Positions 24,242 to 33,678 of a stretch of 35,829 nucleotides of DNA are shown one piece after another. Positions within the stretch are counted from its first letter, which is position 1. Each line of letters opens with the position of its first letter. The position numbers and the translations under genes are program-made. The stretch is from a virus (Duplodnaviria > Caudoviricetes), in IMG/VR virus record IMGVR_UViG_3300014202_000320, positions 1-35,829 of that record; one strand, given 5' to 3'. A model generated the notes under the pieces. It did no database searches. It had not been told where the DNA came from and saw nothing but the letters and a program-made list of their open reading frames with translations.

Positions 24242-24825
24242 TACGAGTACCGCCGATCGAGGCTCCGGGTTGGCGTACTCGGTCCCTGTTGAATCGTGAT
24301 GGTGTAAGGCGTCTTCTTTTCGTACACATTCGCCATGGCAAGAAAGTTGGTGAACAACTGTGAACGGGTGAAGTTCTGTCCATCAGTGCCAAACGAAAAC
24401 GCAGAGCTAGCGATGATGCCAGCTTTCAACCGCCAACCATTCATTGCAGCGAAGTTCAGATCGTAGGTTGGATACCATTCGGTGCCCATCCATTCCCATG
24501 CCAGATCATTGCCATCTAGCTCTAGGTATTGGTCGGTCAGCTTCTGCCTGCCAGTCATGTCCCTAAAGGTGATGCCAGTAGAGGTACCTGCAGTAATGGC
24601 ACGCCAGTAATTGCCAGACTGCTTGACCCTGTCCCCCACTGTGTAGTCAGTAGCAGTGGCGTAGTCGTCGGTAACGTCTGCTCGATTCTGCGGACTGTTG
24701 CCAGTGAAGTCGGCACGCTCAGCAGCAGTGAGCAAGTCCAACACTTGTTCGTGCGTGATCGTTGGCTCTTCGTCGATGGCGAGCATAGACTTGAGCTGTC
24801 GGACCGCATCGTTAAAGGTACTCAA
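24241..24825 (-). CDS. Head-tail connector with inserted CBM-like module
   Basis: YDLNFAA..GW..KAG and DGQNFTRSQ connector motifs; insert YATATDYTVGDRV...YWRAITAGTS. Confidence 0.7.
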   Translation of the reverse strand: MSTFNDAVRQLKSMLAIDEEPTITHEQVLDLLTAAERADFTGNSPQNRADVTDDYATATDYTVGDRVKQSGNYWRAITAGTSTGITFRDMTGRQKLTDQYLELDGNDLAWEWMGTEWYPTYDLNFAAMNGWRLKAGIIASSAFSFGTDGQNFTRSQLFTNFLAMANVYEKKTPYTITIQQGPSTPTRSLDRRYS

Positions 24826-24861
24826 TCAAACCTCAGTCTTTCGCCATCAATCGGCCGGCCC

Positions 24862-24894
24862 AAGGGGTACAGACACGGAGTAACATCTGCACCC
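24862..24894 (-). terminator. Hairpin after capsid genes
   Basis: GGGGTGCAGA/TCTGTACCCC stem on - strand; weak U-tract. Confidence 0.5.
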
Positions 24895-24920
24895 CCTGGA
24901 CCATGCCTCAGCTAGAAGCC

Positions 24921-25136
24921 TCAGCTACAGGCGTCAACTTCTTCGCTGATCTGTTGCTCGCTGTAGCCACAAGCAAGCAGCATCGCTCGCCAATCGTGAC
25001 CGTCAGCCTCAAACCTGTCAGCCAATTCGTACAGTGAGATATCAACCCCACTGCGATACTCGGCTTCAAGGCTCTTTGCGACTTGGCTAGGCACATCTGA
25101 CTCAACAGAGCTAGCCTTCTTCTTCGGTGCAGCCAT
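24921..25136 (-). CDS. Small hypothetical protein after the capsid gene
   Basis: ATG 5 bp after MCP stop; 71 aa. Confidence 0.65.
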   Translation of the reverse strand: MAAPKKKASSVESDVPSQVAKSLEAEYRSGVDISLYELADRFEADGHDWRAMLLACGYSEQQISEEVDACS

Positions 25137-25141
25137 AAGCG

Positions 25142-26257
25142 TTACCCGAGGACACGAACCGCACGGAGCGGGTCAAGGGTCTTGACGCCAAACAGGATGT
25201 CAAGCGAGATGATGTTCTTCTTCGTGCTGCTGTTGTAGTCGTAGACCACTCGCACACTAAGACCCTTGTAGGTCTCGATCTGCGCCGAAACACCACCCAT
25301 CGGCAGGGCCAGAGGACGGCTCACGAAAGCAAACGCATTGCGATGGAACGCAAGGTTTGCAACGTGGTTGGCGATGCGAGTAACCACCGCACCATCAGAC
25401 CAACCAGGCGAAGCCGGAAGGAATGCCACAGCAGTCAGCGTGTTGGCCGCAGCAGTCTTGGCTGCTGTGAGGGTGTAATACTGCGTATCGCCAGCAACCG
25501 TGAACAGCGAACCAGCCTCCCACGTACCAGTAATGGTAGAGGCGTCGATATCCATGGTAGTGGCAGCAGCAGCGACCGCACCGTTCAGCGCAAACGTGCC
25601 AGTGTGAGCAATCGTGCCATTGTCATGGCTCGCCACATTCTGACCAGCGAAGAAGTCGAAGCCATAGCGACGGCCAAGAGCGGCTTCGTTCAGTGCGTCA
25701 AGACCCTGAGCACCAGCCCAAGCCATGTTCGTGAACGCTTCCTGCTGAAGCATCTTATCCTCAGCCGCAGGACCAACCACGAACCGACGATCGGCCATCG
25801 GCACATTGTTTTCCTGAAGAATGCGACGGGTGCCAGTGATGTCAGCAACAACACCAGGGGTAGTGCCAGCAGTTCCATACGCTTCGTAGCAGTCAACGTA
25901 CAGGCCGCAAAGAAGCTGGTCGATCTTCTGCGCATGGGCCTCCATGGCAGGGGCAATCAACTGCTCACGAAAGTCAGTGACGTCCAGAGTCATCTCCTTG
26001 GAGGTAACCTCAAACGACACGTCGTAGTGCTTGTCCAGCACAACGCTAGTGGAAGTCTCAGTGATGGTCTGAGCATTGATGGTGCTAGAGAAAGCCTCAG
26101 CCTCAAACGTGGCAGGCTTGCGAATGGTGACCGTATCGCCAACGTTCGCAAACTCCGAAGAGTAGTCACGATGGACAAGGGGAAGCATGACGGTCTGTGC
26201 GTACAGATTCGCCAGCGCTTCCTTGGCGATGACATCAGAAGTGAGCAGGGTAGCCAT
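25142..26257 (-). CDS. Major capsid protein (P22-coat-like family, inserted beta domain)
   Basis: GDTVTIRKP, RRFVVGP, GRRYGFD, NLAFHRNAFAFVSRPL, LDILFGVKTL motifs; AGGAG RBS. Confidence 0.9.
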   Translation of the reverse strand: MATLLTSDVIAKEALANLYAQTVMLPLVHRDYSSEFANVGDTVTIRKPATFEAEAFSSTINAQTITETSTSVVLDKHYDVSFEVTSKEMTLDVTDFREQLIAPAMEAHAQKIDQLLCGLYVDCYEAYGTAGTTPGVVADITGTRRILQENNVPMADRRFVVGPAAEDKMLQQEAFTNMAWAGAQGLDALNEAALGRRYGFDFFAGQNVASHDNGTIAHTGTFALNGAVAAAATTMDIDASTITGTWEAGSLFTVAGDTQYYTLTAAKTAAANTLTAVAFLPASPGWSDGAVVTRIANHVANLAFHRNAFAFVSRPLALPMGGVSAQIETYKGLSVRVVYDYNSSTKKNIISLDILFGVKTLDPLRAVRVLG

Positions 26258-26281
26258 TGGGCTGAATCTCCTAAGGGTTGA

Positions 26282-26953
26282 TTACCAGCGAAATCCGCTG
26301 GTCTGCTTCTCTTTAGCCTTCCGCTTAATTCGATCTTCAACGGAAAGCTTGGACTCATCCAGCGTGTCCCTAGGGCCGCCGTCTGCCCCATCCTCAAACT
26401 TCGGCGCCTTCAGGCTTGGCTTACGCTTAAGCAGTGCCTTGAGCTTTGCCTCAATATCGATGGGTTCGTCTTCGTCATCGAAGTCGATACCGTCACGCTC
26501 AAGGTAGAGCTGTGCAGTTTCGTGATCTTCGATCTTCAATTCCCTGGCAGCAGTGATAACGGCAAGGCTCAGATTCTTCGTACGAAGCTTCTCTTGAACC
26601 TTGGTGATCTTTTCCTCTGCAACCTTGGCCTTCTCTACTGCCTTGTCAATTTCAGACTTCTGAGAGGCAGTGAGTTTGTCATACTCTTCAGCCTTCTTCT
26701 TCACATCGGCGTAATCGGCAAACTGTGCACGCTCACGCTTCAGACGGTCCTTGACAATGCGATCAAGATCGGCCTGAGTGAAAGTCTTAGGCTTGTCTTC
26801 GCCGGCTCCAGAGTCATCCGTATTGGAATCGTCCTCACCGTTGTCATTGCTGTCGTCATCGTCAGCGCCACCAGTGATAACCGGAAGCTTGGTGCCATCA
26901 GGCCAAAGCCAGAAAGAACCCCGACGGATCGGATCATCATTACCCATAATCAT
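26282..26953 (-). CDS. Capsid scaffolding protein
   Basis: Acidic linker, KTFTQADLDRIVKDRLKRER coiled coil, DGG C-terminus; ATG 26953 preferred. Confidence 0.85.
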   Translation of the reverse strand: MIMGNDDPIRRGSFWLWPDGTKLPVITGGADDDDSNDNGEDDSNTDDSGAGEDKPKTFTQADLDRIVKDRLKRERAQFADYADVKKKAEEYDKLTASQKSEIDKAVEKAKVAEEKITKVQEKLRTKNLSLAVITAARELKIEDHETAQLYLERDGIDFDDEDEPIDIEAKLKALLKRKPSLKAPKFEDGADGGPRDTLDESKLSVEDRIKRKAKEKQTSGFRW

Positions 26954-27020
26954 GGTGCTTGCCTTGCTCCGCACTATTAAGCGTCAGTGCGTTAACGCTC
27001 AGCCCTTAGGAATGCTTGGG

Positions 27021-27323
27021 CTAGATCACGTTGGACTGTTCGACAATCACGGTCAGTTCAGAGACACCGACAACAGCACTGGAGCCGTTCAGGGTTTCTC
27101 CCCTGAATCGCCAAGTGCCTGCCGCATCCATGTCTAGAGTCAGATGGTAAACCTTGCCTGACGTAACCTCTGTGACTTCAGAGTCAACACCAAGGGTGTA
27201 CGTAGTCGAAGTGCCGCTAGGGTCCTTCACCTTGAAACGCACACCACTTGGGTTGGCTGCTGTGCCTGCCTCGTTAACGGCAGTGAGTTTGACGGTTAGG
27301 TCTTGCTGTACATAGACGGTCAC
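27021..27323 (-). CDS. Small Ig-like beta-sandwich protein
   Basis: NPSGVRFKVKDPSG...GKVY...AGTWRFR pattern; ATGA coupling. Confidence 0.75.
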   Translation of the reverse strand: MTVYVQQDLTVKLTAVNEAGTAANPSGVRFKVKDPSGTSTTYTLGVDSEVTEVTSGKVYHLTLDMDAAGTWRFRGETLNGSSAVVGVSELTVIVEQSNVI

Positions 27324-30300
27324 TGCAAGGTCTCCATAGTGAGGAAGGAACTAAGAGCTTCGAGAGTGACGCCTTGAGCAACCAGGCTCAGAGCAATTAC
27401 CTGCACCGCAGATGGTGGAATCTGAACGATCGTTCCGAGCAGTGTGCCGAACGCAGTAGCGATAGCGCCTGCCACTTCTCGCTGACCTTGAGCCGTAAGA
27501 CTCAGACCACCGAACGAAACAACAGCCTGACCTTCATGCCCAACGGTCCCGCTAGACGTTGCAGTCAGTGCACCGAAGATGGTGCTTACGGTTCCACTGG
27601 TATCCGGTACGCCAGAGGCTGTAGCCGTCAGCGCACCGAAGGCGCCGACCGCTGTACCGGTCTGCTCGATCGTTGCCCCTGCCGTGGCAGTGAGCGTGCC
27701 GAAGCTCGTGCTGATCGTCCCTGTGTGGCCCACGGAGCCAGCCACAGTGCTCGCCAGGGCGAGGCCGGTAGTGATGGTGCCGGTTACCTCAGGCGTCCCG
27801 CTAGCGGCCGCTGTGAGACCACCAAGAGCAGAGCTGATCGAACCCGTTACGGAGCTTGACCCTTGCACTGCGGTAGCGGTAAGCGCACCGAACGACGTGG
27901 AGATTGACCCAGCAACTTCGGGTGTACCTGAAGCTACAGCACTCAGACTGCCGAAACTGCTAACGATTGAGCCAGAGCCAGCAGCGGCGTAGTCTGAAGC
28001 GTGACCACCTGTTGTGTCGTCGTCACCAGGCCACCAGTAGAGATCGTCCCAAGCCGGGTTACCCCATTTTGCATCGGGGTAATTCGACGTACTTTCGTCC
28101 GACGCTACTTCGTAACGGTTTCTAGCCCATACCGAACCGGACCCGTCATCACTTACGGCCCAAGACCTAAGCGGCCTGCCAGTGCTTACAGCTCTACCGA
28201 TACGAGTGGCAAAGGTGTTTTCACGAAACGTTATACCTGTAGACGTTCCAGACGCAGACAGTGAAATCGTTTCTTGATCGCCACCAAACTTATTGCCAAT
28301 AATCTCCGCATCATCATACGAGCCAGTGCCCTGCCAGGCTAGACAGTTGGTGTTGCCCCAAATCTCCATCGTGTTATGGAGACATTGAGCACCATAGTAA
28401 TTCCCATCATTCACCAACCAGCAATCATTGTGGTACTGGTTAGCCGTAGCGTTGACGATGAAGGGGTCACCGCCATGGTGAAACCACGAATATCGTACGA
28501 TATGGGGATTCGCTACAGTTGAACCTGATAGCTGTAGAGCGTTTCCAAATCCCCAGAAGTCGCAATGATCGATAACCAAACCAGCGGGCGTAGATGTTCC
28601 GTATGCCCCATCACCAATGATTGCGAACTGATAGGACTTACCATAGCTAACCCAAGTCGACGGATCAGCCTCTACTTCCTCACCCGTCAATCTTGTGGGA
28701 TAGTTTACCACAGAGGGTTGAAAAGTGCAGTAGTTAAAGGTAACCAGTCCGCCGCTAGCAGCGAAGATCAGCGCTTGAAATGCAGTTGCATCACCTTGAT
28801 CGGAAACGTTCGCCGAATACTGGAAACGACATCCGTTAAACGTGACAGGTGAAGTGATCTTCGAGCCACCAGTACCGACAAGCACACCGGCCTGATAGTC
28901 GGCAAAGTTGACAGTCGTGCCGCCGGTTATCGTCTGCTCCGTAGCGAAGGTGCCACCAGTAAACGAACCAGGCCACGAAGGATGCTTCGAATATCCTGTA
29001 TTAGTCTCGTTGCCCCATGTCGTTGCGGTAGCGGTAAGCGCACCGAACGAAGTAGAGATCGAGCCTGCTACATCGTTGACATACTGAAGGGCTGTAGCGG
29101 TAAGCGTGCCTAGATCAATGGCAATGCTTCCCGAGACTTCCTTTGCCCCTGTTGCTGTAGCGGTAAAATCAAACGTACTGCCAGCCGTACCTTCAACGTC
29201 TGGAATGTTTAGGTTTGATATATAGGCAAAAGCAACACCAGGCCCCGGAGGTGTGCCACCTACGGCACTGCCGAATCCAAAAGCCAGTTCAACGGTAGTC
29301 AGATCAAACGTACTGCTTGCACCAGACGCTTCGTAGCGATTCGTCCAAGTGATTGCATCGCCAGACGTATCGACGAAGAGCGAACCGCCAGCTTCACGGT
29401 AGCGCCAATACTTCATCGTTGAAGCATCGTAGGTAGGCGTCGCTACTGTGGACCCATTGTAGTAGATGGTCAATACTGATTGGTCGGCACGCTTGTAGGT
29501 GGACGCAAGGAGTACGGACCCACTGGCACGAGTCAACTTGAATTCGACATAACCATAACTAGCGTTCGGCTGCACCTTCACATATGCAGCGTTGGCGATA
29601 AGGCTTCTGTCTGTGTAGTCGACCAGGTTGCGGTCAAGAGCCATGTCGAGCACGGCTTTGTTGTTCTCATAGGTAATCGCACCAAGAGTGGTGGTGAAGT
29701 TGTCTGTGTCTGCGTCGCTGAAGTCGTTAGTGATGCTCGACCAAAGGTTTGCAGCGATCACCACTGCGGTTGCAGTCAGGCCACCGAATCCGGAAGCAAT
29801 AGAACCAGCAACGTCAGGGATACCGGAAGTAGTAGCTGTTAGTGCTCCGTAGCTCGATGCAATTGCGCCACTGACATCAGGCGTACCAGATGCAGTGCCA
29901 GTGAGTGCGCCGAAGTCGGTAGTGATTGTGCCGGCTTTAGTCGCAAGACCAGACGCAGTGACAGTCAGCGAACCAAGCGCAGTAGTGATAGCGCCTGACT
30001 TCTCAGGTATCCCTTGAGCCGTAGCAGTCAATGCGCCGAAGTTGCTAGCGACAGTGCCAGACTTATCAGGTGCACCTAGTGCGGTAGCAGTGATTCCACC
30101 AAGGCCAGTGCTGATAGAACCAACTACGTCAGGCACACCAGCAGACGTAGCAGCGAGTGCGCCTAGGTTGCTGACAAGGGCACCAGTAACACCAGGAACA
30201 CCAGAAGCAGTAGCAGTGACAGCGCCAAGATTGGTAACGATCGTTCCGGTTACGGAGCCACCACCAGCGCTAGCCGTAACAGCAATCGCTATCTGTCCGA

Positions 30301-30886
30301 CGTCAAGGCCAGTATAACTAGCCAAACCAAAATCAGCAGTTGCAGCAGAGGTGTTTACCCATTGGCAAACGTAGAACCCTGCATACGATGTATTGTTTAC
30401 ATCGACGAGAACTGAACCAGTGCCAGTGCCGGTAGCAGCCGACGCAGTGAAGTTAATTGCCGACCAATCGGACGTCAGAGTGCATACGAAATCGCCAGCG
30501 CCTACGGTCAAGCTCATCAATGCTTGAGTGTCGTTGGCAGTAGCAGAGCCGAAGTCGTTTGCGCCCGACAGGACTAGAACAATAGCGCCCCCCCTGTTGG
30601 TTCCAGTGCGTGAGATAGTGATTACGCCTGAACCATCAGAAGCAGCTTTAGCCGTATAGCCTCTAGCGTATGGATTACCTGCACCAGCACCTGACGTCAC
30701 TGCTCTTGACGCAAAGGTCAAACCTGTTGCGGTGCACGCTGTGACAGCATTAGCCGCATTCTCAAGGCCGGTCAAGACCACGATGACATCATCGGTCAAC
30801 CAGGTAGCAGAAGCAGTCGCAAACGACCCACTTCCAGCTTCAACCCACGTAGACGTTTGGTAGGTGCCACGAACCGCAATAGCCAT
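27320..30886 (-). CDS. 1188-aa fibre/adhesin-like protein: 21-aa repeats, lectin-like and beta-helix domains
   Basis: About 20 repeats like VAGSISTSFGALTATASGTPE in three blocks; YWRYREAGG..WT beta-sandwich; FNGCRF/IDHCDF/IVRYSWFH/IIGNKF/FRENTF beta-helix rungs. Confidence 0.8.
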   Translation of the reverse strand: MAIAVRGTYQTSTWVEAGSGSFATASATWLTDDVIVVLTGLENAANAVTACTATGLTFASRAVTSGAGAGNPYARGYTAKAASDGSGVITISRTGTNRGGAIVLVLSGANDFGSATANDTQALMSLTVGAGDFVCTLTSDWSAINFTASAATGTGTGSVLVDVNNTSYAGFYVCQWVNTSAATADFGLASYTGLDVGQIAIAVTASAGGGSVTGTIVTNLGAVTATASGVPGVTGALVSNLGALAATSAGVPDVVGSISTGLGGITATALGAPDKSGTVASNFGALTATAQGIPEKSGAITTALGSLTVTASGLATKAGTITTDFGALTGTASGTPDVSGAIASSYGALTATTSGIPDVAGSIASGFGGLTATAVVIAANLWSSITNDFSDADTDNFTTTLGAITYENNKAVLDMALDRNLVDYTDRSLIANAAYVKVQPNASYGYVEFKLTRASGSVLLASTYKRADQSVLTIYYNGSTVATPTYDASTMKYWRYREAGGSLFVDTSGDAITWTNRYEASGASSTFDLTTVELAFGFGSAVGGTPPGPGVAFAYISNLNIPDVEGTAGSTFDFTATATGAKEVSGSIAIDLGTLTATALQYVNDVAGSISTSFGALTATATTWGNETNTGYSKHPSWPGSFTGGTFATEQTITGGTTVNFADYQAGVLVGTGGSKITSPVTFNGCRFQYSANVSDQGDATAFQALIFAASGGLVTFNYCTFQPSVVNYPTRLTGEEVEADPSTWVSYGKSYQFAIIGDGAYGTSTPAGLVIDHCDFWGFGNALQLSGSTVANPHIVRYSWFHHGGDPFIVNATANQYHNDCWLVNDGNYYGAQCLHNTMEIWGNTNCLAWQGTGSYDDAEIIGNKFGGDQETISLSASGTSTGITFRENTFATRIGRAVSTGRPLRSWAVSDDGSGSVWARNRYEVASDESTSNYPDAKWGNPAWDDLYWWPGDDDTTGGHASDYAAAGSGSIVSSFGSLSAVASGTPEVAGSISTSFGALTATAVQGSSSVTGSISSALGGLTAAASGTPEVTGTITTGLALASTVAGSVGHTGTISTSFGTLTATAGATIEQTGTAVGAFGALTATASGVPDTSGTVSTIFGALTATSSGTVGHEGQAVVSFGGLSLTAQGQREVAGAIATAFGTLLGTIVQIPPSAVQVIALSLVAQGVTLEALSSFLTMETLQ

Positions 30887-30924
30887 TGGCCTACCTTTCC
30901 GCTACTCCGTTGGATAATCCAAAC

Positions 30925-31317
30925 TCAGGACGCAATAGAGAACGACAGATCGATATCACCAGAAGCAATGGTGAACGTATCGCCAGCGGTCACAGCGTTG
31001 GCAGTGATGGTGCCAGAGGCAATGAAGGTGCCAGCGGTAGAAGCAGTCCAAAGCGAGTAGTGGGTATAATCCTCAGAGGTGTCAACCTCACCAGTCGTCC
31101 ACGAAACGGAAGCGTCAGAGCTGATCGCACCAGCAGACGCAGCACCAAAGCTCACGGACTTCCGAGTAGCGTTGCCAGCAACAGCCGTAGTACCAGCAGC
31201 ACCAGGATCAGCAGTGTGCAGCTGAATGTAGATCGGCTGCGTAATCGAGTAAGCGGTGCCATTGCACACAGCATCGAGAATTGCAGTAGCGGTAGCGGAG
31301 GCGAGACCAACAGCCAT
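30925..31317 (-). CDS. Small virion fibre-associated structural protein
   Basis: IYIQLHTADPG...TRKSVSF...THYSLWTASTAGTF...VTAGDTFTI motif; AAGGA RBS. Confidence 0.8.
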   Translation of the reverse strand: MAVGLASATATAILDAVCNGTAYSITQPIYIQLHTADPGAAGTTAVAGNATRKSVSFGAASAGAISSDASVSWTTGEVDTSEDYTHYSLWTASTAGTFIASGTITANAVTAGDTFTIASGDIDLSFSIAS

Positions 31318-31328
31318 GATTGTTTCCT

Positions 31329-32303
31329 TTACGCAACTAGTGGTTTAAGGGTTTTGATATCAACGAAGACAAGGCCACCGTTCTTGCGTGCAGCCTTTAG
31401 GTTTTCATCCCACTGCTTGACCAGATCAAGTCTTAGTTCTTTGCGCCTGATCTTGGCTTTGAGTGCAGCTTCTAGCTTCTTGTCTGCTGGCGTAAGTTGC
31501 CGACTTGCCTTCACTACCTTGGTCGAAACCTTGGTGAAGGTGTCGCCGGCTTTAGTGAGTACAGGGCCTAACTCACCATGCTCTTTGACTACAGCCTTGA
31601 TCGGCTTCGCCTCTTCAGCCTTGGCTTTGTTCTTCGCTTGAATGGCCTTCAGCCGTTCATTGCTCGCTTGAACGCCAGGGTCATTGCGGCCGATGATCGG
31701 AACCACTGTGCAGTGACAGTGATTGTGGACAGGCTGTAGATCTTTGATGTTGTAGCGCCTAGTGCTGATCAATAGACAGAAATCACAGGCGCCAGAATCA
31801 GGGACTCGCCTATGCCCCGTCACGTTTGACTTCGGGTGATCGGTCCAGCTCACTGCCGCCTGGCGATGGGCCAGCATCACGTCCGTCTCGCCGCTCGATC
31901 GAGCTAGAGCAGAGCCACGCTGTAGGGCCTCTGTGAAGCCCTGTGAGCGACTGACGGCCGTCCGGGCGGCAACCATCGGCCTGGCGTAGACCGTAAGCGG
32001 AGAGACGCCCTGGCGGACGGCTGAGAGGACGTCCACGATGGCAGGAGCGGGACCGGGCGAGATCCCTTCCGCCTGAGCAAGAAAGGCGTAGGTCAGCGAT
32101 GCAGACTGCGTCTGTGCTGCCAGGGTTTGAGCAGCAGCAGCCTGAGCAAACTTGCTCATGGCTTCGTCGCTCAGATCATCGACCTGTTCCCACAGTTGCC
32201 CTATAGCCTCACTGTTCAGCGTTGCCAGACGAATCAGGTTGTTCTGTACCGCCTGAGCTACCTGCATCATCTGTGGTGTTGTCAGCGTCATCAGGTGCCC
32301 CAC
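31329..32303 (-). CDS. MuF-like minor head protein
   Basis: RRVPDSGACDFCLLIS and HNHCHCTVVP motifs; follows portal; start may be 32291 or 32270. Confidence 0.8.
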   Translation of the reverse strand: MGHLMTLTTPQMMQVAQAVQNNLIRLATLNSEAIGQLWEQVDDLSDEAMSKFAQAAAAQTLAAQTQSASLTYAFLAQAEGISPGPAPAIVDVLSAVRQGVSPLTVYARPMVAARTAVSRSQGFTEALQRGSALARSSGETDVMLAHRQAAVSWTDHPKSNVTGHRRVPDSGACDFCLLISTRRYNIKDLQPVHNHCHCTVVPIIGRNDPGVQASNERLKAIQAKNKAKAEEAKPIKAVVKEHGELGPVLTKAGDTFTKVSTKVVKASRQLTPADKKLEAALKAKIRRKELRLDLVKQWDENLKAARKNGGLVFVDIKTLKPLVA

Positions 32304-33672
32304 TGGTTACAACGATGGGAGAAGGTGCAGCCATTGAAGCAGTAAGCGCTTCTTCCATAGCCCACTGAGTCATCCGCTCAATCTGCTCTTGCGAGTAACC
32401 AGCGTCTTCCCAAAGCTGACGGATAGGAACGCCCAAGGTCTTGAGCTTGGTCAGTGCATCGACATGCTCAGACTCAGTGCGAGACTCAGGGTCAGACCAG
32501 ATGGTCTCAGCCCTGTAATACTCAGCCTTTACATCGTCGTTGATCTTGAAAGCGAGTCTCATGACTTCTTCCCAAGCCTCACCGAAGTGACGACCCCTAC
32601 TCTTGACCTTGGCAATCAGACCAGTCTCAGTGGCCTTCAGTGTTTCGCCACTAGGGAACGTTCCCGACTGTCCGAGCAGGTAATGGGGTGGTGTTCTCGT
32701 CCTGCTCGCCACAGACTGAATCCGGTTCTCAAGGAAGCGGGTGTAGTTGCTCAGGTCTGTAGGCTCGAAGCTTCCGAACTTTGCATCAGCATCAGGAGCA
32801 ATGAATACCCTGTTGATGTTTGACGTAAAGGGATTCTTGGGCTGACCAGTGTCAGGGTCTACTTCAACCTCAATGCCAGCGGCCCAACGCTGACGGTAGG
32901 CCGCAAACTCTGAAGCGACAATTGCATCGCACAGAATCTTATTGATTTGGTCCTGAGTGCTAAGGACATCCTGCAATTCTGAGCGGTAAGAACCAGGCAT
33001 CGCAAGCGGACGGTTGTAGAACGGAATCACGTTCACAACACCAAGAGGGTTCTTAACCGTCTTCTTCAGCTCAAGCTTGTCACCCTTGCGGAAGAACTTA
33101 TACAGCTTGTCAGGTGCGTAGAGGTTGACGAATTCGCCGTCAGTCCATTCGTCTCGCCACACCTTGATTGCCAAGCGCCTAGCTCTACGGCTACCGGATT
33201 CGAGCAGTACGTACACTTGCGATGCATCTTCGATGGTGATGATCGGCAGCGAGAAGTCGTCCTTCTCAGGCGTACCCCAAACCATTGCGTAGCCGATGCC
33301 ATCGATCAGCGTGCTTGTGTGCAGTAGCTCAGAGTCAGCATCAAGGCTGTTGCGCTGCCAAATGTCCCAAGCCTCAGTATCACCCTTGCCAGTTACGCCT
33401 ACAGGTGAATCACCTTCGGCGCCGGCTTCAGGCTCACTACCAAAGCGAAACCCCTCAACGTTCATGCGCTCAGAGACAGCCTCAACAACAATAGGCATCC
33501 AGTTGTCACAGACTTCCGTGAGCATCTGTGAGAATTCGTCTCGATAGCCTTGAGTTGAAAACGAGAGCTGAAAATCACCAGCGTAATACTTGCGGTATTT
33601 CGCTATGGTTTCGTTCTGCGTCTTGAGCCGTGCTTCAAGTCGGGTCACAATGTCTTCGAGATCCATTATCAC
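32209..33672 (-). CDS. Portal protein (SPP1 gp6-like)
   Basis: YYAG, NWMPIVV, NPLGVV..PF.NRP, SEL, TPPHYL, SGE motifs. Confidence 0.92.
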   Translation of the reverse strand: MIMDLEDIVTRLEARLKTQNETIAKYRKYYAGDFQLSFSTQGYRDEFSQMLTEVCDNWMPIVVEAVSERMNVEGFRFGSEPEAGAEGDSPVGVTGKGDTEAWDIWQRNSLDADSELLHTSTLIDGIGYAMVWGTPEKDDFSLPIITIEDASQVYVLLESGSRRARRLAIKVWRDEWTDGEFVNLYAPDKLYKFFRKGDKLELKKTVKNPLGVVNVIPFYNRPLAMPGSYRSELQDVLSTQDQINKILCDAIVASEFAAYRQRWAAGIEVEVDPDTGQPKNPFTSNINRVFIAPDADAKFGSFEPTDLSNYTRFLENRIQSVASRTRTPPHYLLGQSGTFPSGETLKATETGLIAKVKSRGRHFGEAWEEVMRLAFKINDDVKAEYYRAETIWSDPESRTESEHVDALTKLKTLGVPIRQLWEDAGYSQEQIERMTQWAMEEALTASMAAPSPIVVTSGAPDDADNTTDDAGSSGGTEQPDSSGNAEQ

Positions 33673-33678
33673 CCCTTA

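Noticed and set aside
25343-26281. 312-aa + strand ORF (also 30886-31641 and similar long antisense ORFs)
   Set aside because: Antisense shadows of well-supported structural genes, with no motifs or RBS.
27320-30886. Diversity-generating retroelement target or DNA tandem repeat
   Set aside because: No reverse transcriptase and no adenine-specific TR/VR pair noticed; repeats are conserved at protein level only.
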